A DNA stretch of 64,000 nucleotides from Phycisphaerales bacterium (GCA_965227775.1 OZ245777.1:64001-128000); one strand, 5' to 3'; positions 47,922 through 56,953 are shown, numbered from the stretch's first letter. A program made the numbers and translations. Notes: generated by a model not told the origin, from the letters alone.

Positions 47922-48826
47922 GCGAGCCGAGGGCTGGTGATCCTGCGCTGGGGTATCGCAATACGAGCGGTCAGCGCGTGGGCGGCGGCGAGGGCTCGGC
48001 GGCGGAGGTCGGGGCATCGCGGCTGGCGCGTTGGTTCGGCGGGCTGCTGCGAACGCGCAAGGTCGTGACGGTCGAGGGCGTGCGCTACGAAGAGCTCGAC
48101 GCGGTGCCGCTGCGGCGGGCGCTGGCGCGGGGCATGGGCAAGCGGTACCGCGTGCGATTCCCAGATCGCGCGAAAATGGTCTTTGAGGTGAGCGGGGCGC
48201 GACCCATCGCCGACCTGTTAGGCGAGACGGATCTGGGGGAGTTCACGCTGATCGATCCGCTGATGCGACCGGGCGACCGCGTTCTGCTGCTGCACGCGGG
48301 CACGGGGCACGGGGCGGCGTGGCTGAGCGAGCGGCTGGGGCCAACGGGCGCGCTCGTCGCGCTCGAGCCCGATGCGACGAGCGTGCGGTATGCGCGGCAC
48401 CGCTACCACCCGGCCAACACGTCGCTGGAGGTCTGCGACCTGCACTCGCCGACGAGTGCACCGCCGGCGCTGAGCGGCGAGCTCGACGGCGCGTTCGATG
48501 GCATCGTGCACCGTCGGCTGCCGGGCGATGGGCCGCAGCGTGACGCGCAGCTCGGCGAGTGCTGGCGGCTTCTGTCGCCCGGTGGGGTGATGGCGGTGCT
48601 GCTTGCCTCGCCCAGCGGGCACCATGATCCTCGCGAGGATCCGCGGCTGGCCGCGCTTGAGGGCGAGCTGCGGGCGCTCGCGGATGAGCACGCGCCGGGC
48701 CTCGAGTCGATCGAGCGCGTGCGTGTGCATGCGCGGTGCGGCGTGCTGCTTGAGCGCTCGTACGAAGACGAGGACGAGCCGCCGGCGCCCGAGGGGCGGG
48801 ACGGCGGTGAGGGGCAGCGCGTCTAG
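47918..48826 (+). CDS. Class I SAM-dependent methyltransferase-like protein
   Basis: GTGA overlap with the previous gene; PGDRVLLLHAGTGHG, WRLLSPGG. Confidence 0.7.
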   Translation: MSEPRAGDPALGYRNTSGQRVGGGEGSAAEVGASRLARWFGGLLRTRKVVTVEGVRYEELDAVPLRRALARGMGKRYRVRFPDRAKMVFEVSGARPIADLLGETDLGEFTLIDPLMRPGDRVLLLHAGTGHGAAWLSERLGPTGALVALEPDATSVRYARHRYHPANTSLEVCDLHSPTSAPPALSGELDGAFDGIVHRRLPGDGPQRDAQLGECWRLLSPGGVMAVLLASPSGHHDPREDPRLAALEGELRALADEHAPGLESIERVRVHARCGVLLERSYEDEDEPPAPEGRDGGEGQRV

Positions 48827-48829
48827 GCC

Positions 48830-49624
48830 TTACGGGCCCGAAAGCGTGCGCAGGACGGCGAGGGTGCCGGCGGTGGCGGCGGCCAGGGCGTCTTCGGGCG
48901 GCGTGCCGGGGCGCAGCTCGATCGTGAGCACGACTTGCTGCTCGTCGAGCCCGTACCACGAGCCCAGCGAGCCGGCGGGGTTGGTGAAGTCGGCGTTCAT
49001 GCGCCACGACGGATCGACGCGCTCCGCGGCGCGGACGAAGGCTTCGGCGAGCGGTCCGGCGGTTTCCATCGGACCATCGGGATCGACGAAGGGCCCGCCG
49101 CCCGTTGAGTGGAACACGACCACGACCTCGGGCCGCGTCTGCTGCATGTAGCGGTGCACCGCGGCAGCCTCGGGCTCGCTGAGAGGGTTCGGGCCGTGGG
49201 CGGTCGAGGGGCGGAAGTTGGTGGCGGGCCAGTTGCGGTTGAGGTCGACGCCGCGCGCGTTGCCGCGGCGCTGGCGATCCAGACCGTCGGGGTTCATGTT
49301 CGAGATCGCGTGGAGCGTGAGGCGGTCGCCGTAGCCGGCGGTGCGCAGGCGCAGCCACAGGTCGTCGAAGCGCTGGTAGACCTCGGGCTCGTCGCCGTGG
49401 ATCAGCCCGATGACGAGGACGCCGGTTGGCCCGGTGCCGTGGGTGCGCACGAAGATGGGCCGGCCCTGGCGGCTGGCGCCGAGTTGCGTCGCGCCCGACT
49501 CGAGCGCGGGCGGTGCGGGCATGTCGACGCGGTCGCCGGGGGGCGTGAGGTAGTCCTGGGGGCGGCTGGTGCATGCGGTGAGGACGAGCGTTGCACCCAG
49601 GAGCGTGATGCGCAGTGCGTTCAT
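48830..49624 (-). CDS. M14 zinc carboxypeptidase (MpaA-like murein peptide amidase), lipoprotein
   Basis: LTAC lipobox; IHGDE, NPDG, NARGVDLNRNW, SEPE, FHS, TIEL. Confidence 0.85.
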   Translation of the reverse strand: MNALRITLLGATLVLTACTSRPQDYLTPPGDRVDMPAPPALESGATQLGASRQGRPIFVRTHGTGPTGVLVIGLIHGDEPEVYQRFDDLWLRLRTAGYGDRLTLHAISNMNPDGLDRQRRGNARGVDLNRNWPATNFRPSTAHGPNPLSEPEAAAVHRYMQQTRPEVVVVFHSTGGGPFVDPDGPMETAGPLAEAFVRAAERVDPSWRMNADFTNPAGSLGSWYGLDEQQVVLTIELRPGTPPEDALAAATAGTLAVLRTLSGP

Positions 49625-49645
49625 GCGCCAGGATAGGTCGAGTCG

Positions 49646-49714
49646 TTACGGGCAGCCGGCGTCGAAGGCGTTCTGGAAGGCGAGGAAGTCGAAGATGGTG
49701 AACTCGCAGTCTCC
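49646..49714 (-). pseudogene. Orphan GC-dockerin tail fragment
   Basis: Encodes GDCEFTIFDFLAFQNAFDAGCP*, directly after a terminator and with no gene body. Confidence 0.75.
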
Positions 49715-49735
49715 GAACGCAAGAGCGCACTCCAC

Positions 49736-49770
49736 AAGAAAACGGCGCGCCCGGAGTGGGTCGCGCCGTT
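49736..49770 (-). terminator. Intrinsic terminator after the PEP-CTERM-type gene
   Basis: AACGGCGCG...CGCGCCGTT stem then TTCTT on the minus strand. Confidence 0.75.
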
Positions 49771-49800
49771 GCCTGTCTCACTACTACCAGACTTTGATCG

Positions 49801-50457
49801 CTACGAGCGGCGGCGCGTGCCGACGCCGATGGCCGCGAGGCCGGCCAGCGCCAGCATGCCGCTACCCGGCAGGGGGATGACCACCGAGTCCAACGGGTCG
49901 TAGTGGATCGTGTCGATGAGCACGTCCGCGCCGGTGCCGGTCACCGTCACGCGGGAGATGCCCGAGACAGAGAACATGAACGTCTGCCACGCGCCTCCCG
50001 CGCCGGCGTCCAGCGTTCGTCCCAGGTCGATCGATTCCAAGAGGGTGCCGCCCGAGTCGAAGGCCGACATCGTGACGTCGTTGCTGGTTGTCAGCGCGAG
50101 GATCTCGAAGGCTTCCCACGTCGAACCGACCGCCGTCATCTCGATGGTCGTGTACGTATCGATGCCAGCCGTTCGGTAGGCGTTGACCAGGCTGACCGCG
50201 CCGTCGGCGCTCGTGCCGGGCAGGATCACGTCGTGGTTCCAACCAGACGCGGTCCCGCCGAAGTCGATGCCCGCGGCAGCGAACTCGGCCACGCGCGTCG
50301 TGTTCTGCGTGTCCCAGCCCGCGCCGCCATAGATGCCGGTCTGGTCGAGCGACTCGAAGGTCAGCGTGACCGGGCCGGCCCATGCGGCGGTCGCGGCTGC
50401 CATGGTCGCCAGCGCGGCGCAGTGGGTGCTGGTGCTCGTCCGTGTGCGTACGTTCAT
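49801..50457 (-). CDS. Secreted protein with PEP-CTERM/VPLPA-type sorting signal
   Basis: Signal peptide; C-terminal VVIPLPGSGMLALAGLAAIGVGTRRRS. Confidence 0.85.
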   Translation of the reverse strand: MNVRTRTSTSTHCAALATMAAATAAWAGPVTLTFESLDQTGIYGGAGWDTQNTTRVAEFAAAGIDFGGTASGWNHDVILPGTSADGAVSLVNAYRTAGIDTYTTIEMTAVGSTWEAFEILALTTSNDVTMSAFDSGGTLLESIDLGRTLDAGAGGAWQTFMFSVSGISRVTVTGTGADVLIDTIHYDPLDSVVIPLPGSGMLALAGLAAIGVGTRRRS

Positions 50458-50484
50458 TTCTTGGTCTCCGGTGCGCTCCCGCGC

Positions 50485-52011
50485 TCAGGGGCAGCCCGCG
50501 GTGAACACGATCTGGAATTCGAGGAAGTCGAACAGGTCGAGCCGGCCGTCGCCGTTGAAGTCGGCGCGGCAGGCGGGCGGGCGGATCGCGATGACGCCCG
50601 GGTCGCTAACGACGTCGCCCCCAGGGTTGGTCACGACGACGTCGTACTCGCCCACGTCGTCGTCGTCGACGAGGACGCTGAGCACCGGCGTCATCGAGCC
50701 GGAGATATCCACGCCATCGGTCAGCGGCACGCCGTCGCGCCGCCACTGGTACATCAGCGGCTCGTCGCCGTCGGCCTCGACGCGCACGTCGACCACGCGG
50801 TCGGCCACGGGCAGCAGCACCACCGGCGCCGGCTGGGTCGTGATCGTCGGGGGCAAGATGCACCGGTTGAGGTGCACCACGATCGAATCGTCCCGGTTGC
50901 TGATGGCGGCCAGGTCCGGCTTGCCATCGCCGTTCAGATCGCCCGCTGCGAGGGCGTTCATCCAGGTCCTCGATGGGACGGGGACTGGGGTGGCAAACGT
51001 GCCATCCCCGTTGTTGAGCAGCACGGTCAGGGTGCTCACGAAGGCACTGCCATTGGCAAAGGCCAGATCAAGATCGCCATCCCGGTCATAGTCGGCGATC
51101 GCCACGTTGCGGGGCTCCTCGCCCGTCGCGTAGTACTGCGTCGGCGCGAACGTGCCGTCGCCGTTGTTCAGCAGCACCGAGGCGCTGTTGGCGAACTCGT
51201 TCGCGACGACCATGTCGGGGGTACCGTCGCCGTCAAGGTCGGCGATGCCCACGTCATTGGCACCCGAGCCCGTGACATACGTCGCATCGAGCGCGAAGGT
51301 GCCATCGCCGTTGTTCAGCAGCACGTCGATGCTGCGCTCCGTGTTGTTGCCCACCGCGAGGTCGAGGTCGCCGTCACCATTGAGGTCGGCGATCGCCACC
51401 GCCTCGGGCCCCTCGCCAGTGTCGTAGGGCACCTGGGGCGCGAACGTGCCATCCCCGTTGTTCACGAACACGCTCACGACGTCCCTGGACGAGTCGGTGA
51501 CGGCCAGGTCGGGATGGCCGTCGCCAGTCAGGTCCCCGATGGCGAGGCTAAACGGTCGAAAGATCGCGGGGTAGCGGACTTGTGGCGCAAAGGTGCCATC
51601 GCCGTTGTTCAGCAGCACGCTGATGTCGTTGTCGAACGAGTTGGTGACCACCAGGTCCCGGGCGCCGTCGCCGTCGACGTCGCCGATCTGCACGTCGCGC
51701 ACAAATTCCCCCGCGGCGTACGTGATGGACGGCGCGAAGGTGCCATCACCGTTGTTCAGGAGCACGCCGACCCGATTCCCCGTGTCCTTCGTCGCGAGGT
51801 CCGGGTGGCCATCGCCGTTGAGGTCGCCGATTACGACGCGACTCGGAAATCCCCCCGTGACATAGCTCACCGGCGGCCCGAACAGGTCGCTCGGATCGCA
51901 GCCCTGGGCCAGGCCGGCCTGGGGCAGGGCTGCGGTGGCGCAGGCCGCCAGCACGGGCACGGCCCTCAGGCCAATGGCACAACTCGGGCTCGGGGCACGC
52001 TGCGGGATCAT
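50485..52011 (-). CDS. Secreted FG-GAP repeat + Ig-like domain protein with a single-repeat GC-type dockerin
   Basis: Repeats GDLNGDG.PDLA...VLLNNGDGTFA; Ig domain (YQWRRDG, DVGEYDVVVTN); tail CRADFNGDGRLDLFDFLEFQIVFTAGCP. Confidence 0.88.
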   Translation of the reverse strand: MIPQRAPSPSCAIGLRAVPVLAACATAALPQAGLAQGCDPSDLFGPPVSYVTGGFPSRVVIGDLNGDGHPDLATKDTGNRVGVLLNNGDGTFAPSITYAAGEFVRDVQIGDVDGDGARDLVVTNSFDNDISVLLNNGDGTFAPQVRYPAIFRPFSLAIGDLTGDGHPDLAVTDSSRDVVSVFVNNGDGTFAPQVPYDTGEGPEAVAIADLNGDGDLDLAVGNNTERSIDVLLNNGDGTFALDATYVTGSGANDVGIADLDGDGTPDMVVANEFANSASVLLNNGDGTFAPTQYYATGEEPRNVAIADYDRDGDLDLAFANGSAFVSTLTVLLNNGDGTFATPVPVPSRTWMNALAAGDLNGDGKPDLAAISNRDDSIVVHLNRCILPPTITTQPAPVVLLPVADRVVDVRVEADGDEPLMYQWRRDGVPLTDGVDISGSMTPVLSVLVDDDDVGEYDVVVTNPGGDVVSDPGVIAIRPPACRADFNGDGRLDLFDFLEFQIVFTAGCP

Positions 52012-52199
52012 CGCTCTCTCCTCTGTCGCCTCGCTCGGGGGACCGGTGGGCGGGTGGGCCGGGGGGCTTCCCCGTGAGACGGTCCCGTACGAGAAAATAC
52101 TGCGGTGGTTCCGGGAGGTCAATAACTTCGTAGGGGGACCTCCCCCATCCCGTTACCGGAGCCGATGCCTCGCGGACCCCGGGGCGGGCCGGGAGCGCG

Positions 52200-52493
52200 G
52201 CGGGCGGCGTGCGCGGCCCACGCGGCCATCGGGCCCGCCTGCGGGCCCGTCACGGCGGCCGGCGCGGCCATGGGGGCCGCCCTCGGGGCCATCGGCGGGC
52301 CCGCCGGTGCCACCACCGGCGACCGCGCGGCCCGCACGCGGCCGTTCCGAGCAATCACCAACACGCCCGACGCCTTCACGAAATCTTCGCGCGATGCCAC
52401 CGCGGGCGGCGAGGCAATCATCGGGCCCCTGCGTGCCGCCACCGCGGCCCTCGGGGCAGTCACGGGAGGCTCCCGTGCCGTCACCGGAGAGCG
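52200..52493. repeat. Degenerate 21-bp tandem periodic array (13-14 units)
   Basis: Units in register at 52221, 52242, 52263 ... 52473, e.g. cgcggccatcgggcccgcctg / cggggccatcggcgggcccgc / cgaggcaatcatcgggcccct / cggggcagtcacgggaggctc. Confidence 0.75.
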
Positions 52494-52607
52494 CGCGCGC
52501 TCGGTTCTTCGGACCTTGGGGGGGGGAACGCGAAATGCGCAGGGCGTGCGCGGAAGTGCGTTGGCATTCGAGACTTCTAACGGCAGATCAAGTACCCGGC
52601 CGGGAGA

Positions 52608-53798
52608 CTAACTCGGATTACCCGCCAGCCGATCGGAGTACCCTGGGACATAGCCGCCTCTCCACGTTCCGTCACCGTTGTAATTCAACGACTGTGGTCG
52701 TCCGCAGGCATTCCAGACACCGTCGAACACTGGCTTCATGACCGTAAACAGGTCGGCAGGCCATCGGTCGACCAGCACATCCGGTAGGACAAGGTGATCT
52801 CGGTCAATCGGGGGGTTGAAGAGTTTGTTGCGTGGTCCGTAATCCATCTGGGCTCCATGGACGTGGGCCAAAGTGAGCATGATTGCAATCGGACCAGAAA
52901 CGCCCAGTTCTTCTAGTGCCGTCAACTGCGAGTCAAGCGTCGTCAAGACTGTGTGTTCGTAGGTACTCGTGAGCGTCTGCCGAACCAGAAAGCTCTCCGT
53001 CTCAAAGACGGACTCCACTCGACCAGAGCGGTACACCTGGGTGTAGGCTTTGGTATCGGTGTCGTACTGCAAAAACCCGTCTATGTTGATGCGCTGAACC
53101 AGATCGCGCATGTTTGGTAGGAGCAATCTACTTGCTATTCGGTGATTGCTGAGGTCGGTGGCTGAGAACCGGAGCGGATCGTCAAACGATGCCAACGGAA
53201 CGAGGTGGAGCGCCATGAACGGCCCATGTGCGATCTCAACCGGTGTGTGACGGCGGAGGAGACTGTCAACCCTCTGTTGCCGCCATTGCCTGATTCGCTC
53301 GGGCACTTCGTCGCTTGCCATGATGGCCTGCCGCATCTCGCTCGCGTCCATCGGGAACCTCCCCTTGCTATGCCGGCCGTACATGCGGTAGTTCATGTCA
53401 TTCTTCGAAAAGTGCGGGCCGCGCCAGCTCCGTGCGATGCGCACGACCAGCACCCTCTTGCCGTCGGGCATGGTGACGAGCTTGTGGGGTGGCGGGGGAA
53501 GCTTGGGCTCGATGTTGTATTGCAGCGCGTCGAGGATGCGTCGGAGTGCGTCGTCCTCGCCGACGTCTTCGATGCCATGCAGCAACAAGCCCTCGTCCGA
53601 TTCAGCGATGCCGAACACGACATCGCCACCTGCGGTGTTGGCAAGGCTGGTCGCGGTCTTTCGGAGCTTGTCCTTGTCCGAGGGCGCCTCGCCAGGGAGC
53701 TGTTGCTTGTATTCCAGCGTCTTCCGCTCGGCCTCGTTGGCATCGATCAGCGCCTGGATGTCGCTCGCCTCGATCGCGTCCAGTGGCTTTGGGATCAT
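52608..53798 (-). CDS. Schlafen/AlbA_2 domain protein
   Basis: EAERKTLEYKQ, SLANTAGGDVVFGIAE, VLVVRIARSWRGPH, YGRHSKG; codon usage less GC-biased than neighbours. Confidence 0.85.
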   Translation of the reverse strand: MIPKPLDAIEASDIQALIDANEAERKTLEYKQQLPGEAPSDKDKLRKTATSLANTAGGDVVFGIAESDEGLLLHGIEDVGEDDALRRILDALQYNIEPKLPPPPHKLVTMPDGKRVLVVRIARSWRGPHFSKNDMNYRMYGRHSKGRFPMDASEMRQAIMASDEVPERIRQWRQQRVDSLLRRHTPVEIAHGPFMALHLVPLASFDDPLRFSATDLSNHRIASRLLLPNMRDLVQRINIDGFLQYDTDTKAYTQVYRSGRVESVFETESFLVRQTLTSTYEHTVLTTLDSQLTALEELGVSGPIAIMLTLAHVHGAQMDYGPRNKLFNPPIDRDHLVLPDVLVDRWPADLFTVMKPVFDGVWNACGRPQSLNYNGDGTWRGGYVPGYSDRLAGNPS

Positions 53799-54026
53799 AA
53801 GTTCACATCTCGCAAGGCGTGTATTGCCAGCAACTTAGATTGCGCCACGTCGACGCGTCACGCATCGTATCCAAGAAATTTCTGTTGTCCGCGCGATTCG
53901 CACTGGAGCCGCCCCCTCGACCGCTCGATGACACCGGTAGCCGGGGCACGGCGCTCCGGCGATTCATGGATGGACCCGCGGCCGATGCGAACCCACGGCC
54001 GCGGGCGGCAACGCAAGGAACGCACG

Positions 54027-54701
54027 ATGCCCGTCACACCGAATCAACTGTTGCAACGCCTCGAGTTCTACGAGCAGCGCGCCCCCGGGTGGGTCACCAA
54101 CGCGACCACCATCGGCCTGACGACCGAGCAGGCAACGCAGCTGCAGAACCTCGTCACCGGCACGCGCACCGCGTACGACGATGCGCAGGCCGCGCGCAAC
54201 GCCGCCAAGAGCGCGACCGTCACCCAGGACGCCGCCTTCGACGCCATGGACACGTTCGGTGCCCAGATGATCAAGATCATCCGGGCCTTCGGCCTGGCGA
54301 CCGGCGATCCGGCCGTCTTCGCGACCGCGCAGATCCCCGAGCCCAAGCAGCCCGAGCCGCGGGCGCCCGTCAACCCCAGCAACGTGACGTTCGACCTGGT
54401 CGAGAACGGGGCCCTCGAAGTGCGCTGGGACGGCCTGACCATCCCCGGCACGACCTACCTCGTCGATCGCCAGACGTGGAGCGGCACCGGCCAGCCGACG
54501 GGCTTCGCCCGCATCGCCACCGTGAGCGAGCGACGCTTCGTCGACACCAACATCCCGACCGGGACCGCGACGGCGACGTACCGCGTCAGCGCCCTCAAGG
54601 GCGGCCAGCAGACCGCCGGCGCGCAGAGCACCGCCCACTTCGTGTTCGTGGGCAACGGGCAGGGCCAGCTCGTGACCGCGCCCGAGAGCGACGCGGCGTG
54701 A
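54027..54701 (+). CDS. Hypothetical cytoplasmic protein: helical N-domain + C-terminal FnIII-like beta-sandwich
   Basis: AAGGAA RBS; W..NATTIGLT, long Ala-rich helix, Pro linker, then LEVRW...YLVDR...FVDTNIP...YRVSA. Confidence 0.75.
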   Translation: MPVTPNQLLQRLEFYEQRAPGWVTNATTIGLTTEQATQLQNLVTGTRTAYDDAQAARNAAKSATVTQDAAFDAMDTFGAQMIKIIRAFGLATGDPAVFATAQIPEPKQPEPRAPVNPSNVTFDLVENGALEVRWDGLTIPGTTYLVDRQTWSGTGQPTGFARIATVSERRFVDTNIPTGTATATYRVSALKGGQQTAGAQSTAHFVFVGNGQGQLVTAPESDAA

Positions 54702-54753
54702 GCTGAAGCTGGAGTTGGGAGTGATCGGAGTCGGCGGTGCGCCGACGTTCGAC

Positions 54754-54795
54754 GCCCCGGCGGAGCGCCCCGAAGACGGGACGCTGCGCCGGGGC
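54754..54795. terminator. Long GC-rich hairpin between convergent genes
   Basis: GCCCCGGCG.AGCG.CCCG-AAGA-CGGG.CGCT.CGCCGGGGC. Confidence 0.5.
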
Positions 54796-55003
54796 TCGCT
54801 CAATAGAGATGTTCTTTGGCGCTCGCGGACTCGCTTCTCGGGCTGCGCCCGGGCGGCCGGGGGCCGCCTCGCCTGCGCATGCGCTTTCGCTCGAAGACTC
54901 GCTCGGCGGATGCTGCGGCGCGAAGCACGGTGCGTGTGGACAAGCACGGCGCGCCCCGCGTCGGGCGAAGCCCGCGCTTGGCCCCGCCGGCGAGGCGTCA
55001 AGA

Positions 55004-56953
55004 CTACATGCAGCCGGCGGCGAAGCCGTTCTGGAAGCAGAGAAAGTCGAAGATGTCCAGGATGCCGTCGCGGTTGCAGTCGGCGCTGGTCTCGCCGGCG
55101 TCGAAGGCGCTCTGGAAGGCGAGGAAGTCGAACAGCGTGAGCTCGCCGTCGAGGTCGAAGTCGGCGTAGCAGCTCTGGATGATGCGGTCCATGCTGCCCT
55201 CGGGGTAGTCCATCATGCTGATGGTGCCCATGAGGGTGTCCTCGATCATGCTGGCGAGGCTCTGCTGGTAGCTGACGCCCAGCGTGGTGAAGGGCAGGCC
55301 CCGGAAGGGGTACTGGTCGCCGCCGCGGGCGAGGAAGTCGACGATGGCGATGTCGACGTCTTGCGCGCCGGGGACGACCATGCCGTCCTCGACGATGGAG
55401 GTGCCGTCGCTGAGGGTGACGTTGCGGACGCGCTCGCCGGGCGTAGTGACCATGAGGTCGCCGTCGAGTACCTGCGCCTGCTGGCGCCAGTCGAACTCGA
55501 GCGTGAAGCCGGCGATCTGCGCGAAGCGGCCGTTGGACTCGCCCTGGCGGCTGACGGCGTTCTCGAGGATCTCTTTGAACTGGTCGGCGGGCACGTCGGG
55601 CACGATGGTGATGAAGTTGCTGAAGGGCAGGATGTCGAAGGTGTCCAACTCGGTGATCTCGCCCGACGCGATGATGCTGTCGTTGCGGATGCCGCCGCCG
55701 TTGGCGAGCGCCACGTCTGGCGCGTCGACGCCAAAGGTGGCGGCCAGGTTGATGCCGGTTGTCAGGAACGAGTCGGCGATGAGGTTGCCCAGGTTGGTCT
55801 CGATGTTGCGCACGCTCGAGCGGCGGCCGTCGAGGTCGACCTCGCTGAAGCCGATGACGTTGGCGGCGAGCGCGGCAACGCCCGCGGCCACGGGGTCGAC
55901 GACCTCGGCCTGGATGACCGGGTCGGCGGCGACGGCGTCGGGGCTGATGCCCGAGACGCGGACGGGGCCGGACGCATCGAGGATCTCGGTCAGGTTGCCG
56001 TCGGCGTCGAAGCCGAGGATGAGGCGTCCGACGTAGCGGTAGTCGCCGCTGGTGGTGACGATCGGGACGTCGTTGCCGTCGGCGTCGGTGCCGAAGATGG
56101 GGTAGCCGCTCTGGCCGGCGACCTCGTCGGGCGTGTCGCCCGGGACGAGCAGGTCGCTTGGGTTGGCCAGCAACTCGCCGCCGCCGCCGCCGACGATGGC
56201 GTCGACGCCGCGCAGGGTCTGGATGAGGCCGAGCTCTTCGGTGAGGCCCTGCAGGTGGCTCGACAGGATGATGATGTCCACGCCGCCCAAGGTGAGTGCG
56301 TCGACCTCGGCCTGGATGATGTTGGTCAGGTCATCGCTGACGGTGACGCCGCGGGGGCTGGAGATGAACGGCAGGGCGGGCGTGGTGGCGCCGATGACGC
56401 CCACGCGGCGGACGCCGGCGTCGGTCATGACATCGACGACGGTGCTGGAGGCGATGCGGCCGCTGTCAACGAGGGCCTGCAGGCCGGGCTCGGCGGTAAA
56501 GTCGAGATTGGCTGAGAGGAAGGGGGCCGGGTTCGTGCTGAAGCCGGCGATGAAGTCTTCGAGGATGTCGGGGCCGAAGTCGAACTCGTGGTTGCCGATG
56601 ATGAACGCGTCGTAGCCGATCAGGTCGAGCGCGACGGTGTCGAAGAAGGGCACGCCGCGGTCGAGGCTGACGGAGAACTCAGGGCCGGGCAGGAAGTTGT
56701 CGCCGCTGGTGAGCAGCAGGCTGCCGCTGGCGGCGTCGCCGGGGGGCGACATCATCGCCTCGGCGCGGAGGTCGGCCACGACGGTGGCGAAGCGGGCGAC
56801 GCCGCCGAAGTCTTCGAGGCCGCTGCCGGCATCGATGAGCTGGCTCTCACCGTCGTTGTGGTGGAGCAGGTGGAGGAAGAAGTCGGTCTGGGCGTTGGCA
56901 GTACCGGCCGCCACGGCCAGGAGCATCGACGCGGAGGCGAATCGCTTGGTCAT
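55004..56953 (-). CDS. Secreted 5'-nucleotidase (metallophosphatase + 5'-NT C-domain) with GC-type dockerin
   Basis: HHNDGES, SGDNF, GNHEFDFG, ETNLGNLIAD, NGGGIR, FLARGGDQY; tail CYADFDLDGELTLFDFLAFQ...AGCM. Confidence 0.92.
   Translation of the reverse strand: MTKRFASASMLLAVAAGTANAQTDFFLHLLHHNDGESQLIDAGSGLEDFGGVARFATVVADLRAEAMMSPPGDAASGSLLLTSGDNFLPGPEFSVSLDRGVPFFDTVALDLIGYDAFIIGNHEFDFGPDILEDFIAGFSTNPAPFLSANLDFTAEPGLQALVDSGRIASSTVVDVMTDAGVRRVGVIGATTPALPFISSPRGVTVSDDLTNIIQAEVDALTLGGVDIIILSSHLQGLTEELGLIQTLRGVDAIVGGGGGELLANPSDLLVPGDTPDEVAGQSGYPIFGTDADGNDVPIVTTSGDYRYVGRLILGFDADGNLTEILDASGPVRVSGISPDAVAADPVIQAEVVDPVAAGVAALAANVIGFSEVDLDGRRSSVRNIETNLGNLIADSFLTTGINLAATFGVDAPDVALANGGGIRNDSIIASGEITELDTFDILPFSNFITIVPDVPADQFKEILENAVSRQGESNGRFAQIAGFTLEFDWRQQAQVLDGDLMVTTPGERVRNVTLSDGTSIVEDGMVVPGAQDVDIAIVDFLARGGDQYPFRGLPFTTLGVSYQQSLASMIEDTLMGTISMMDYPEGSMDRIIQSCYADFDLDGELTLFDFLAFQSAFDAGETSADCNRDGILDIFDFLCFQNGFAAGCM

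Noticed and set aside
52200..52493. CRISPR array
   Set aside because: Units are contiguous, degenerate 21-mers without an identical repeat plus unique spacer structure, and there are no cas genes in the window.
52570..52630. Integron attC site after the AlbA_2 gene (GTTAGAA on the minus strand)
   Set aside because: There is no matching RYYYAAC inverse core or convincing L-box pairing, and no integron integrase.
53205..54026. N-terminal extension of the FnIII-like ORF (498 aa in the track)
   Set aside because: It overlaps the AlbA_2 gene antisense; the RBS and composition support a start at 54027.
40133..56953. Diversity-generating retroelement or shufflon acting on dockerin tails
   Set aside because: No reverse transcriptase or recombinase is present in the window, the differences are not adenine-specific, and all tails are co-oriented.
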